DNA from: an uncultured Acidobacteriota bacterium
GTDB lineage: Bacteria > Acidobacteriota > Thermoanaerobaculia > Multivoradales > JAHEKO01
Assembly: GCA_963713825.1 (NCBI GenBank)
Contig: CAVQNG010000001.1
Location: 96,001 to 160,000, forward strand
Reading direction: 5' to 3'
DNA length: 64,000 bases
Both the position numbers and the translations under genes were made by a program. Position 1 is the first letter of the stretch, and every line of letters begins with the position of its first letter. Below are positions 20,488 to 29,824 of this stretch, in pieces. Under the pieces are notes generated by a model that was given only the letters and a program-made list of their open reading frames with translations, had not been told where the DNA came from and ran no database searches.

Positions 20488-21744
20488 TCACTCGTTGGGC
20501 ATCGCAATGAAACTCCCGTCGTCGACTCGACCATCCCGGACCTCGTAGATGGTGACACCCGACTCGAAGGTAAGACCAGCCGCCTCGACGTCGCTGCGGA
20601 CAGAGGCGGCGTTGTGAAAACGGGTCTGAACGCCCTCGATCTCGTAGGACAGCGTTTCCCGCATGTGATCGTGGCCAGCCAGAGCCAGTGTCAGATCACG
20701 CTGCCTGAGGATCTCCAAGGTCTCTCCAGTGTTCGAGACCGTGTGCCGGAATGACGTGACACCATCCACTTCGATCAATGTCGGAGCCGGCGGCTCGTCG
20801 GTGTATCCATGCAGGATGTCGCCCGCCGTGACGAACGGTATGTGTTGGAAGAGCACGACAGGAGTGTCCTCGGAGATCGCCGCAAGGTCCTGTCGCAGCC
20901 ATTCGAGCTGTGTCGCGTCGACGTGCCCGTAGTACCAGAGATCGTCGAAATCGACGCTGTCCAGGCCGACGAAGTGGATGCCGCCGGCGTTGAAGGAGTA
21001 GTAGGTGGGGCCGAGGAAGTGGCGATACATCGCCTTGCCGTACAGCGGGTGCTCTGGGCTGACGAGCGATCGATGTCGCTCGATCCCGAATATCTCGTGA
21101 TTCCCGGCAACCGTCAGTACGGGAGCGGTGAAGGCAGCGATCTCCTGAAGGAAGAGCTCGTAGTAGCCTGTCGCCTCGGCTTCGTCGACTCGCAGCGCGT
21201 CGTGGATCAGGTCACCGGTGATCAATACGAACTCGGGTCGCTGTTCCTCGACGATAGCGCGCAGCTGTCGGATCCGTGGCAGGGTCTCTTCGCTCAGGTG
21301 GACATCGGAGGCGTGAACGAACCGAAAGGTGGTTCCCCTGTCGGATTTCACGAGTGGAAAGTCTGCTGTAGTGCTCTGGACGTCTCCACCAACGCTGTGC
21401 CAAAACGTTGCAACCGACTCGTACTCGTCGGGAGCAGTCACGAAGACGATGCCATCGCCGGGATCTGGGAGCTCGTACCGCCCTCCAGGTCCCGTTGTCA
21501 CGACAGCCTTCTGGTTGGAGACGGCCACTCCGGCCAGGCCGTTCTCATTCGTGTCAAGGGTGCCATTCTCGTTCGCGTCGAAGTAGACGACTCCGGTGAC
21601 CGTCGAAGGCAGCTCCTCGGCAACCAAGAGGGAGGAGGAGAGGCCTAGCAGAAGGCTCAGGCCGACGAGAAGGTGCGCTTCACTCCACCGTCCGGATAAT
21701 GGCTTCTGTGAAGTCCCGGGTCGATACATGGTTCTCACCCTCAC
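20488..21744 (-). CDS. Calcineurin-like metallophosphoesterase with N-terminal SdrD/MetallophosN domain
   Basis: [11 protein letters not shown]; SDVH, TGDL, GNHE, QHIP, GHDH motifs; true start uncertain. Confidence 0.85.
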   Translation of the reverse strand: MRVRTMYRPGTSQKPLSGRWSEAHLLVGLSLLLGLSSSLLVAEELPSTVTGVVYFDANENGTLDTNENGLAGVAVSNQKAVVTTGPGGRYELPDPGDGIVFVTAPDEYESVATFWHSVGGDVQSTTADFPLVKSDRGTTFRFVHASDVHLSEETLPRIRQLRAIVEEQRPEFVLITGDLIHDALRVDEAEATGYYELFLQEIAAFTAPVLTVAGNHEIFGIERHRSLVSPEHPLYGKAMYRHFLGPTYYSFNAGGIHFVGLDSVDFDDLWYYGHVDATQLEWLRQDLAAISEDTPVVLFQHIPFVTAGDILHGYTDEPPAPTLIEVDGVTSFRHTVSNTGETLEILRQRDLTLALAGHDHMRETLSYEIEGVQTRFHNAASVRSDVEAAGLTFESGVTIYEVRDGRVDDGSFIAMPNE

Positions 21745-21958
21745 GACAGAGGTCAGCGGTCCTGAGTCCAGCCGAAAGTGTACCTTCTACGGCCTGTTCG
21801 ATGGCAGTCGCCTCAGCCTCGAGGTCGAGACTGTGACGCATGAGCATTGCCGCGCTCAAGATGGCACCGATTGGATTGGCCGTGCCGTTGCCCGCGACAT
21901 CGGGCGCCGAGCCGTGCACCGGCTCGAAGAGGCCATTCTGGTTTCCCCCCTGTCTCAT
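21680..21958 (-). pseudogene. leuB: leuB (3-isopropylmalate dehydrogenase) remnant: start codon plus C-terminal ~90 aa
   Basis: [34 protein letters not shown] appears right after an ATG overlapping the ilvE stop; roughly three quarters of the protein is missing. Confidence 0.8.
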
Positions 21959-22630
21959 GCCGAAACGGACTGGAGCTGCGGCACCGGCTTCATCCATCCG
22001 TGACGGTCTTCGATCGCACCGCTGGTGATGCCGAAGAACTCCTCCTGCAGTCGCTGTGTAACGGGCCCTCGCACTGCATCACCGACCGGAATCCGATCGA
22101 CAGATCGCACCGGGGTGATCTCCGCTGCCGTGCCGGTCATGAAGAGCTCGTCACAGAGATAGAGCATGTCGCGGGTTACGATCTCCTCCCGCACGTCGAG
22201 TCCGAGGTCTGCAGCCAAACGGATGGTGGTGTTGCGTGTTATGCCGGCGAGGATCGAAGAGCCGAGGGGGGGAGTGATGATCGCGCCGTCGATGACCAGG
22301 AACAGATTCTCGCCTGCCCCCTCACTGACCACGCCGTTGTGATCCAACATGATTCCTTCCTGGAAACCGTTGCTCTGGGCTTCGACGGAGACCAGTTGGT
22401 TGCTGATGTACTGCCCCCCGATCTTGCCGCGCGGCATCGCTGAGCCTGGCGGTAGCCGTCGCCAGGAGCTGACCCCAGCGTCGATTCCCTTCTCGATAGC
22501 TTCGGCACCCAGGTATCGCCCCCACTCGAAAGACAAGATGGTCACGACGACATCACACTGCAGGGGATTCAGACCCATGGCCCCAACGTTCCTGAAGGCC
22601 AGAGGCCGTATGTAGCAGGAGGCTAAGCAA
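21955..22630 (-). pseudogene. ilvE: ilvE (branched-chain amino acid aminotransferase), 5'-truncated
   Basis: CYIRPL, KIGGQY (PLP Lys), SEGAGENLF, ILAGITR, ELFMTGTAAEITPV; the N-terminal ~90 aa are absent. Confidence 0.8.
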
Positions 22631-23181
22631 AGCGAGAAGCGTCGCGGGCACACTGACTAGGGACCTCGAGGCGAAGGTTGGCAGGACAGCGGCGTAGGCA
22701 GCCTTTCGGCTGGTCTTCAGCATGTTGGGCGGACTGCACGCAAGGTGAGCGATCGAAGTCAAGCGTCAGTCGGCCAGACGTGACTCGGCCCCAAGAGGCG
22801 ACCCGGGAGGATCGCCTCTTCGAGCTGATGCTGAAACTCTAGGCTAGAGGGTCTTCGACCTCACACTCCTATTTGGACCTGGATTTCATCCTGGGGGACT
22901 TCTCTACCGGAGCAGCGCCGAAGAGATTCAAGCACTTCCCTGCAGAGGACCAACCTGAATAAGTGGGAAGTGATCCAGTTTCATGGCAAGGCAACGCTCA
23001 TCCTTCGGGTCGATCCGAGCTCGAGGGATCTCGACCATGAGGCAGCTCTTGGAGAACTGGTGGGTGTCTGGCGGCGACCTTGGGTTCGTGATCCCCTTGG
23101 AGGCCCCGTGAACACAACACAACCCCAGGCGGCAGATAGTTGCTGCTGCCACCTGGGGCCGGAAGAAACGGTGAACTAGCG

Positions 23182-23214
23182 TTGTTGATCGTCACCCACG
23201 ATGACGATCAACAA
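23182..23214 (-). terminator. 13-bp perfect hairpin after the 23223-23768 gene
   Basis: TTGTTGATCGTCA-cccacga-TGACGATCAACAA. Confidence 0.6.
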
Positions 23215-23222
23215 GAGACTCA

Positions 23223-23768
23223 CTATTTGACCTTGGTCTTGAACCCGGTCGGTGCATTCGCTGGTCTGGCTACCCAGAAGTCAAAGCAGGTCGTGGTCAT
23301 CTGAATCATCGTCCAGCTGTCGTTCAGTCTGCCAAACTGCGTATACCGGTTGAAGGAGGTCATGCTGCAGGAGGCGTTGCCAAAGGGCTCGCCGATAAAG
23401 GTCCAAGAGGCTGTCCCCTGCGTTTCGCAGGTACCGTGGAAATCAGTTCTCGAGACCGGAAAGCCGCCGGGGAACCAGTTTCGGATGTTGCCTGCGTAGA
23501 TGCTGTCTCCAACGAAGTCTGCGAATCCTGTGGGCGGATCAGGGATCAGTGCATCGACAGGGGCGCCAAACCACTTTCCACTCGTGCCGCTGAGGAGGGC
23601 ATTGGCCTTGCCATTCTTGATGAAGTCAAAACAGTCGATCAGGTTTCCACCGAGGTCATACACCGTGTAAGACCTGGGGCCAGGTTGGACGGCGTTTGCC
23701 GGTGCCGCGGCCATGACGCCGACCAGGACGATCAGCAGGGAAACGACTACACTCGCTCTCATGCTCAT
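23223..23768 (-). CDS. Secreted hypothetical protein
   Basis: AAGGAG RBS; signal peptide ending ANA; four Cys; TTGACA-18-TATTTT promoter candidate upstream (23810-23839). Confidence 0.7.
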   Translation of the reverse strand: MSMRASVVVSLLIVLVGVMAAAPANAVQPGPRSYTVYDLGGNLIDCFDFIKNGKANALLSGTSGKWFGAPVDALIPDPPTGFADFVGDSIYAGNIRNWFPGGFPVSRTDFHGTCETQGTASWTFIGEPFGNASCSMTSFNRYTQFGRLNDSWTMIQMTTTCFDFWVARPANAPTGFKTKVK

Positions 23769-24051
23769 AAGCGTCTCCTTTTTAGAAGTGGCTGTAAATC
23801 TTCAACCCAAAAATACTGCTTCCCTCACTTCCCTGTCAAGGGGTTCGGCAGCGAATTCTTGGTGGCTATGGATTGCCTGGGTTGCATGGAAGATCGCCCC
23901 GAACTGCATCTTGCCGCCGGTCTCGCGACTACCGGCGGCACATCAATGCCAGTGGGCAGCGCCGGAGTTGCCAAAGTGCCAAAGTCGGACTAACCTAGGC
24001 GATCGGCAGATTCCACTGATATCTGCTCCGAGGAGACGAGGACTCGTTGGC

Positions 24052-24936
24052 ATGCTGAGATTCAGAGCTTTGGGATTGCTGTTGAGCGGCGTCCTGTTCG
24101 CGATTGCACCAGTCCCGGGATTTGCCCAGACGCGTGGCTTGGAAAGCGATGCGAAAGCACTTCGCATTCGGCAGGAGATCACCGACTCGAGAATCTCACC
24201 GCCGACCACAGAGGTGATGATCACGACTCTGGGGAGAGGTGCTTTTCGAGTCGATACCGAGCTCGACGCCGAGGGTGGGCCCGCGGTTAGCTCCATCTTC
24301 CGAGTGGATAAAGATAGCTTTCTCATTCTCTTCCACGACACCCAAGAGGCCGCGATTCAAGACAGGGAGCTGCTCAGAGTCGTTGCCGAGCGGCGACAGG
24401 CTCTCGAGGAGCGACTCGAGGAGCGTCTGGCTGAGGATCCCACCGGCGAGGCTGCCGCACACGCCAGGATGCTCGAACTGCGGAAGGAAACAGCGCGGCT
24501 CGAAGCCGAGCAGAACCATGAGGGCAAAAAAGTCGGCAGGCGATTCGAGAAGACCTCGGAAAGCGGTGAGCTCCTGGGATACCCGTGGAACAAGTATCGA
24601 CAAGTCCGGGACGGTTTGCTGGTGCAGGAGCTCTTGGTCACGCCGTGGGCGGACCTCGGCATTGGAGATGAAGTAGTGCTGGTTTTCGAGAGGTTGTCCC
24701 GTTTCGCCGAGGATTCCTTGGAGATTGCCGGCGGAGCCAGTCGAATGGAGAACCCCTACGAGCCGTACTTGGAGCTCGGAGGTTTTCCCCTCGTCATTCG
24801 CTATTTCAACCCTCAAGGCGAGTCGATTGCGGAGACTCGGGCGGTCTCTATCGAAACTGTTATGGGGAACGGCATCTTCGAGAACCCCGGATATCCCGAG
24901 AAGGGAATGGCCGAAGACCTGACCGAGCTCGAGTGA
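24052..24936 (+). CDS. Secreted hypothetical protein (DUF4412-like)
   Basis: Start refined to MLRFRALG; signal peptide ending GFA; layout resembles DUF4412. Confidence 0.55.
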   Translation: MLRFRALGLLLSGVLFAIAPVPGFAQTRGLESDAKALRIRQEITDSRISPPTTEVMITTLGRGAFRVDTELDAEGGPAVSSIFRVDKDSFLILFHDTQEAAIQDRELLRVVAERRQALEERLEERLAEDPTGEAAAHARMLELRKETARLEAEQNHEGKKVGRRFEKTSESGELLGYPWNKYRQVRDGLLVQELLVTPWADLGIGDEVVLVFERLSRFAEDSLEIAGGASRMENPYEPYLELGGFPLVIRYFNPQGESIAETRAVSIETVMGNGIFENPGYPEKGMAEDLTELE

Positions 24937-25017
24937 AGTCGGCCGCCGGCAATCGTTCTTTGAAGTCCAACCCTGTCGGATGCGTGTAGAGTCTTAACAG
25001 TCAGGAGTGTCGTCACC

Positions 25018-26247
25018 ATGAAGCTTGAAAGTCTTGTTGCCTTTGCCCTGGCCATCGGGATTTGCCTGCACGGAACGTCAGAGGCTCAAGTAGGACTATG
25101 TGATCATTTCTGGTGTGATGGGGTGGACTATGCAGTGGGCAGCTTTCCCTCCGGTGTCGCGGCAGCGGACTTCGATGGCGACCGTCGCGTCGATCTCGCT
25201 GTGACCAGCGAGTCGCCCGACAAGGTCGGCGTGCTTCGCAATGTCGGCAACGGAAGATTCGCCGCACCTGTGAACGTTTCACTGGCCGGTGGCAGCGGTC
25301 CGCACTCCGTTGCGGCAGCCGATTTCGACGACGACGGCGACGTCGATCTCGTGGTCACTCGTCACAACGAGAACGATGTGCAGTTGCTGATCAACACCGC
25401 CGGGGCCTTTTCCTTGGGTGCGATCACCAGTGTCGGTGGGACCGATCCGAGGCAGGTCGTGACGGGAGACCTCGATGGCAACGGCTTCATGGATGTCGTC
25501 ACGGTGAATCGAGGTTCGGACAGCATCTCGGTGCTGCTCAACTCGGGCGGTGTGCTAGTAGCGGCGGTGACCTATCCTGTCGGCGCCGACCCCAGGAGTC
25601 TGGCGATCGGCTATTTGGACAACGACGCCGACCTCGATCTGGCAGTCGCCAGTCATAGTGACCGAGAGGTCGAGCTGTACCTCAATGCTGGCTCGGGGGC
25701 CTTGGTAGCAGGCTCGAGTCTCTTCGTGGGCGCTAGCCTCCGACCAGAGGGAGTCGCGATCGGCGATCTGGACGCCGATGGCGACAGTGACATCGCCAGC
25801 AGCACCACGGCGTCGGTCGGTGGTTTTGTGAGCGTATTCCTGAATTCGGGCTTTGCAACATTCGGCGCGCCAGTCCACCACGATTCGGATGCAACCGATC
25901 CCTCGGCCATCGTGATTGCGGATTTCGACCTGGCGCTGGGCAACGACATCGCCGTCCTTAACGGAGAATCTCAGAACATATTCACCGGTGATCCCGAGTG
26001 GAAAGTGGCGGTTCTGAGCAATCTCGGTGCGGCAGACTTTGGCAGTCCGCGGCTCCCCGAAGTAGGAGCATCTCCGGCGGCTCTGGTGGCTGCCGACCTC
26101 TTCACAAACGGAGCCCCCGATCTGGTCAGCGCCAACCAAGACGAAGGCACCCTCTCGATCTTGAAGAACAGCAATGTGATCCTGGCGAGTGGTTTCGAGT
26201 GGGGAGACACCTTTCCCTGGTCGGGGACCGTTCCCGAGCTTCCCTAG
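25018..26247 (+). CDS. FG-GAP/VCBS repeat protein with GFE(W)G tail
   Basis: About seven AADFDGD..VDLAV repeats; signal peptide; ends ILASGFEWGDTFPWSGTVPELP. Confidence 0.9.
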   Translation: MKLESLVAFALAIGICLHGTSEAQVGLCDHFWCDGVDYAVGSFPSGVAAADFDGDRRVDLAVTSESPDKVGVLRNVGNGRFAAPVNVSLAGGSGPHSVAAADFDDDGDVDLVVTRHNENDVQLLINTAGAFSLGAITSVGGTDPRQVVTGDLDGNGFMDVVTVNRGSDSISVLLNSGGVLVAAVTYPVGADPRSLAIGYLDNDADLDLAVASHSDREVELYLNAGSGALVAGSSLFVGASLRPEGVAIGDLDADGDSDIASSTTASVGGFVSVFLNSGFATFGAPVHHDSDATDPSAIVIADFDLALGNDIAVLNGESQNIFTGDPEWKVAVLSNLGAADFGSPRLPEVGASPAALVAADLFTNGAPDLVSANQDEGTLSILKNSNVILASGFEWGDTFPWSGTVPELP

Positions 26248-26832
26248 CGGAGGCGGCCGAAAGAGGGTTCGAGCTCCTGCCTGGCCCAATGTTCCTTCGC
26301 TCCCAAAGACGGTAGGACTCCGACTAAGAGGGGCCTTTCACCAGCAGGCCGATGGCCTTCAACTGCTCAGTGTCTTGTTCCAGGGGGCAGGTTGAGCAGC
26401 AAGGCTGCCCCACTATTGGCAGGAGTCGAACGGGCCGACTCAGGTGTGCGATCTCAGTTTCCGATCTGTCCGTGGAGGTCCAGGGCAGAAGAGACCAGGT
26501 CGACATTTTCCACGGCGTTGTCCTTTGCGGCGCGGCCCCCAGGACCCTACTCCCAGATGACATAGGCGAAACTACTTTCGGGCGCTGCGGCCACCCTCAG
26601 AATCCTGGCTATCCCGAGAAATGGCTAGCCGACAAGGTGAGGGTGATCGAGAAGCGGAGCTTGACCTGTTTGCGGTCGGATCTGGAGAAAAAACGAGCGC
26701 CGAACGGCACAGAAAGGAGAAGAAGCCGCCCGGCGCTCATGACCTCTTATCGAGGTACGGACGTAGAGTAGCCGGGTTGCAAGAGCCCGAGAATTGCCTC
26801 TGGCGCCAGGATTCTGGCCCTCCGCGCCAGGA

Positions 26833-28323
26833 TCAGGGCACGGTGGCGGTCCAGGCAGACGTGCCGCCCGACTCGAACCCGTCGCTGAACATGCTCGTGC
26901 CGACCAGGATGCCGACCTGGAATCCTGTCGCCGTCTGGCTTTCGACCTCGATGGCGATCTCGGCGGCTGGATCTACGAACAGCTCTCCCACCCTCCACAT
27001 GACGCCTTCAGTGCTGGCATAGTCCGCTGGAGGATCATCTTCATCTACCACCCAGGCCGGCTCCGACCGCCCGGTGTTGACCTCGTGGATGATGACCATC
27101 CGGTCGCCAGCGCCCGAGCCCGGAATCTCGGCCTCGTAGTTGCCGACAGCTTCCCGCACCTCCACTGTGTAGTAGTGGCTGTTGCTGCCGTTGATGGGAA
27201 TCTTGGCCGTTCGATAGGTGGCTGTCGTGGCGCTACCCAGCGGATCGATGGTCACCCTGAAGAAGCCCTCGCCGGGCACCACGTACTTCTCGCTTTCCTC
27301 CAGCCAGCCGAGCCGGTCCTTGTGGTAAGAGGTCACGTGCTTGCCGAGGTTGCCGTAGACGGGGTCGTCCACGGCATAGCCGGTGGCCGAGCTCATGACG
27401 TCCCAGGGACTGTCGTAAGGGTTCGAGTCGCCATCCGAGTTGTTGGCGTGCGGCAAGCCGAAGCCGTGTCCCATCTCATGGGCGATGACGCCTTCCTGTG
27501 CGAACGCCCAGGGCGGATCCCAGGTCGTCCGCCAGCTCTTGCTGACGCCGTCCAGGGTGGCATAGCGGCCACCGCCCCAGGCACAGCAGTCGAGTCGGTC
27601 GTTGAACATGAGATTGATGCCCTCGAAGCCCCCACTGCCGCCCAGCGAGAAGTCGATGAACGGGTCTGCCGCGGCAGTGCAGTCGTTGAAGAGCTGGCTC
27701 AGGTTGGCGCCGGTGCCGCTTCCCGGGGTCGGAACATAGAAAGTGTGCGTGTTGGGTAGGTTCTTCCAGTTCACCGCCGTACTGCCGACGATATCGATGG
27801 CGTCGTAGGAGACTTCCCTCCAGTAGTGGTCGAGGCGTCCCGGCGCATTGGCATACATGCCCTGGAAGTAGCTCAGGTTTTCGGGCTCCGCCCCCTTGTC
27901 CGAGAACTTGCAGGCCAGAGTCACCCATGGCTTGGATCCCAGAACCGCTTCTGTGGAGCTCGACTCGAGGCCTCTTGGTGAAGGCAGAATGCGCAAATTC
28001 GTGGCGCGACGTCGGCCAGATCGAGGATTGCCGTCCTCGACAGTGACCTCTACAAACCGACGGTTGATGGCCATGACTCCTCCGGCCTCGGTCAGAGTGG
28101 TGCCGTCGATCACGACTTCGGAGACTTGGCCGCTCGCATCCGCAAGGAAGAACTTGAGGTGCGCAGGACCATGAATATCTGGCCCAGGATCGCCCCAGAC
28201 AACGTCGAGCCTGCCGGTCAGTGTCGCGGCCGAGAGTGGCACGGACACAACAGTAGCCAGCACGACGAAGCAGACCAGAAACGCCGCGTCGAAGGCTGTC
28301 GAAGAACGAGAGACTCTGGACAT
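26833..28323 (-). CDS. M6/M11-like zinc metalloprotease with GFESG tail
   Basis: YWREVSY; HEMGHGFGLPH; WDVMS; HKDRLGWL; ends MFSDGFESGGTSAWTATVP; GGAGG RBS before 28323. Confidence 0.85.
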   Translation of the reverse strand: MSRVSRSSTAFDAAFLVCFVVLATVVSVPLSAATLTGRLDVVWGDPGPDIHGPAHLKFFLADASGQVSEVVIDGTTLTEAGGVMAINRRFVEVTVEDGNPRSGRRRATNLRILPSPRGLESSSTEAVLGSKPWVTLACKFSDKGAEPENLSYFQGMYANAPGRLDHYWREVSYDAIDIVGSTAVNWKNLPNTHTFYVPTPGSGTGANLSQLFNDCTAAADPFIDFSLGGSGGFEGINLMFNDRLDCCAWGGGRYATLDGVSKSWRTTWDPPWAFAQEGVIAHEMGHGFGLPHANNSDGDSNPYDSPWDVMSSATGYAVDDPVYGNLGKHVTSYHKDRLGWLEESEKYVVPGEGFFRVTIDPLGSATTATYRTAKIPINGSNSHYYTVEVREAVGNYEAEIPGSGAGDRMVIIHEVNTGRSEPAWVVDEDDPPADYASTEGVMWRVGELFVDPAAEIAIEVESQTATGFQVGILVGTSMFSDGFESGGTSAWTATVP

Positions 28324-28422
28324 AGGTACCTCCCTGTGGCTTCCTGCTGGAGATTGAGTTGGCCTCTCCAGTCGGAGATCACTGGACCTCGATCCAGAAT
28401 AGCGAGGCAAGTGAAACGCCAC

Positions 28423-28438
28423 TGTGACAGGCTTCACT
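28423..28438. promoter_or_regulatory. Second CRP/FNR-like box TGTGA-N6-TCACT
   Basis: One mismatch to consensus; a minus-strand TATTCT at 28396-28401 places it near -41.5 for the M6-like gene. Confidence 0.5.
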
Positions 28439-28532
28439 CTCGTCGTGGTCGGTATTCAAGCGTTTCGGGTGGTTGGTTTTCTCGAGGGGCGGCAATTGGT
28501 ATTGTGTCCCTCTCAATCTGGGGGACACAAAC

Positions 28533-29765
28533 ATGAAATACGGGAACTACTTCTTCGCTTTGCTCTTGATTTCGGCCCTGGGCCTACTGTCTTGCTCGGG
28601 TTCGACCGATGACGCGTCTTCGGAGGGTGGCGGGTCTGTGGCAGCATCGGGCCACCATCCCGTCGTCGTGCTGCTGTTCGATGGTGTCCGAGTCGATCAC
28701 CTCGGGAGCTACGGCGCGGCAAGTAGCTCGACGCCGAGTCTGGACTCCTTCGCAGGCGACGCGATCCGATTCGACTGGGCCTTCGCGCAAGCCTCGGACG
28801 CGACAGCCTCGATGGCGTCATTGCTGACGGGCCTCTATCCCACCACCCATGGGCTGGTCGAATCCGGCGATCGACTGGTCGATGAGGCCGGTACCCTGTC
28901 GGAAGCCCTGGCTGCGACGGGACTGACGACGGCTGCCTTCTTGAGCAGCGGAGAGCTCTTTGAGGGTCTCGGATTGGACCAGGGATTCGAGGTCTTCGAG
29001 ACGGGTCCCCAGGCTCTCGATGGGGCGCTGGCCTGGGTCGGCCAGAATGCCGGCTCGGACTTCTTCCTGGTCGTCGAGGTGGGCTCAGTGTCTGCCGCTG
29101 CGGTGAATGCTGACGATGCCGCCGCGACCTACTCGGCGCAGGTCGAAGCCCTCGACGGGGCGGTAGGTCGGGTCCTCGAGGCCCTCGATGCTGCTGGACT
29201 GGGTGACAAGGCGACCGTCGCGGCGGTCTCTCTGTCCGGTTTCGAGCTGGGCGAGCACGGGGCTGTCGGGCAGCCATCCATGTACTCTCCTGAGACGCAT
29301 GTTCCGATGTTCCTGAAAAGCGCCCAACTCCCCAAAGGTCGGTCGATCGACAAGATCGTGGAGGTGATCGATCTCGGACCGACGCTGATTGCGTTGCAGG
29401 GTGAGGAGCCGCCGGTGGACTTCCAAGGTCGAAGCCTCGTTTCCTTGATCGAGGGAGCCGGAACGCCGCCCTACGTGGCCTTCGGAGAGTCGGCCGATGA
29501 GGCAGAGTACTTTGCTGCCCTTGGAGGGTACCGGTTGGTCCAGCCCGGGGCAGAGGCCCCCAGCGAGCTCTACGACTTGACGAGCGACCCTGCAGAGCAA
29601 ACGGACATCGCCGCCAATGAAGAAAACCGGGTCACCGTTCTGGAGGATCACCTCGGTGCGTGGAAGAAGATGGTCTCAGCCGCTTCTCTCGACCCCGATC
29701 GGCGAACCGAAGAGCTCGACGACGAGGCGCTCGAGCAGCTCAAGAGCCTCGGCTATATCCAGTAG
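28533..29765 (+). CDS. Sulfatase-like lipoprotein (degenerate active site)
   Basis: LLSC lipobox; DGVRVDHLGSYG; ASLLTGLYP; ELYDL.SDPAE; terminal LKSLGYIQ. Confidence 0.8.
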   Translation: MKYGNYFFALLLISALGLLSCSGSTDDASSEGGGSVAASGHHPVVVLLFDGVRVDHLGSYGAASSSTPSLDSFAGDAIRFDWAFAQASDATASMASLLTGLYPTTHGLVESGDRLVDEAGTLSEALAATGLTTAAFLSSGELFEGLGLDQGFEVFETGPQALDGALAWVGQNAGSDFFLVVEVGSVSAAAVNADDAAATYSAQVEALDGAVGRVLEALDAAGLGDKATVAAVSLSGFELGEHGAVGQPSMYSPETHVPMFLKSAQLPKGRSIDKIVEVIDLGPTLIALQGEEPPVDFQGRSLVSLIEGAGTPPYVAFGESADEAEYFAALGGYRLVQPGAEAPSELYDLTSDPAEQTDIAANEENRVTVLEDHLGAWKKMVSAASLDPDRRTEELDDEALEQLKSLGYIQ

Positions 29766-29824
29766 CCCAGCACCGCTTCTGGGCTGAGCTCTGGATGGTT
29801 TGGGCTGTCCCCGGGGCCTGAGGA

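Noticed and set aside
26250-26830. ORFs 26352-26771 and 26621-27022 between convergent genes
   Set aside because: No RBS or recognisable motifs; composition looks non-coding or decayed
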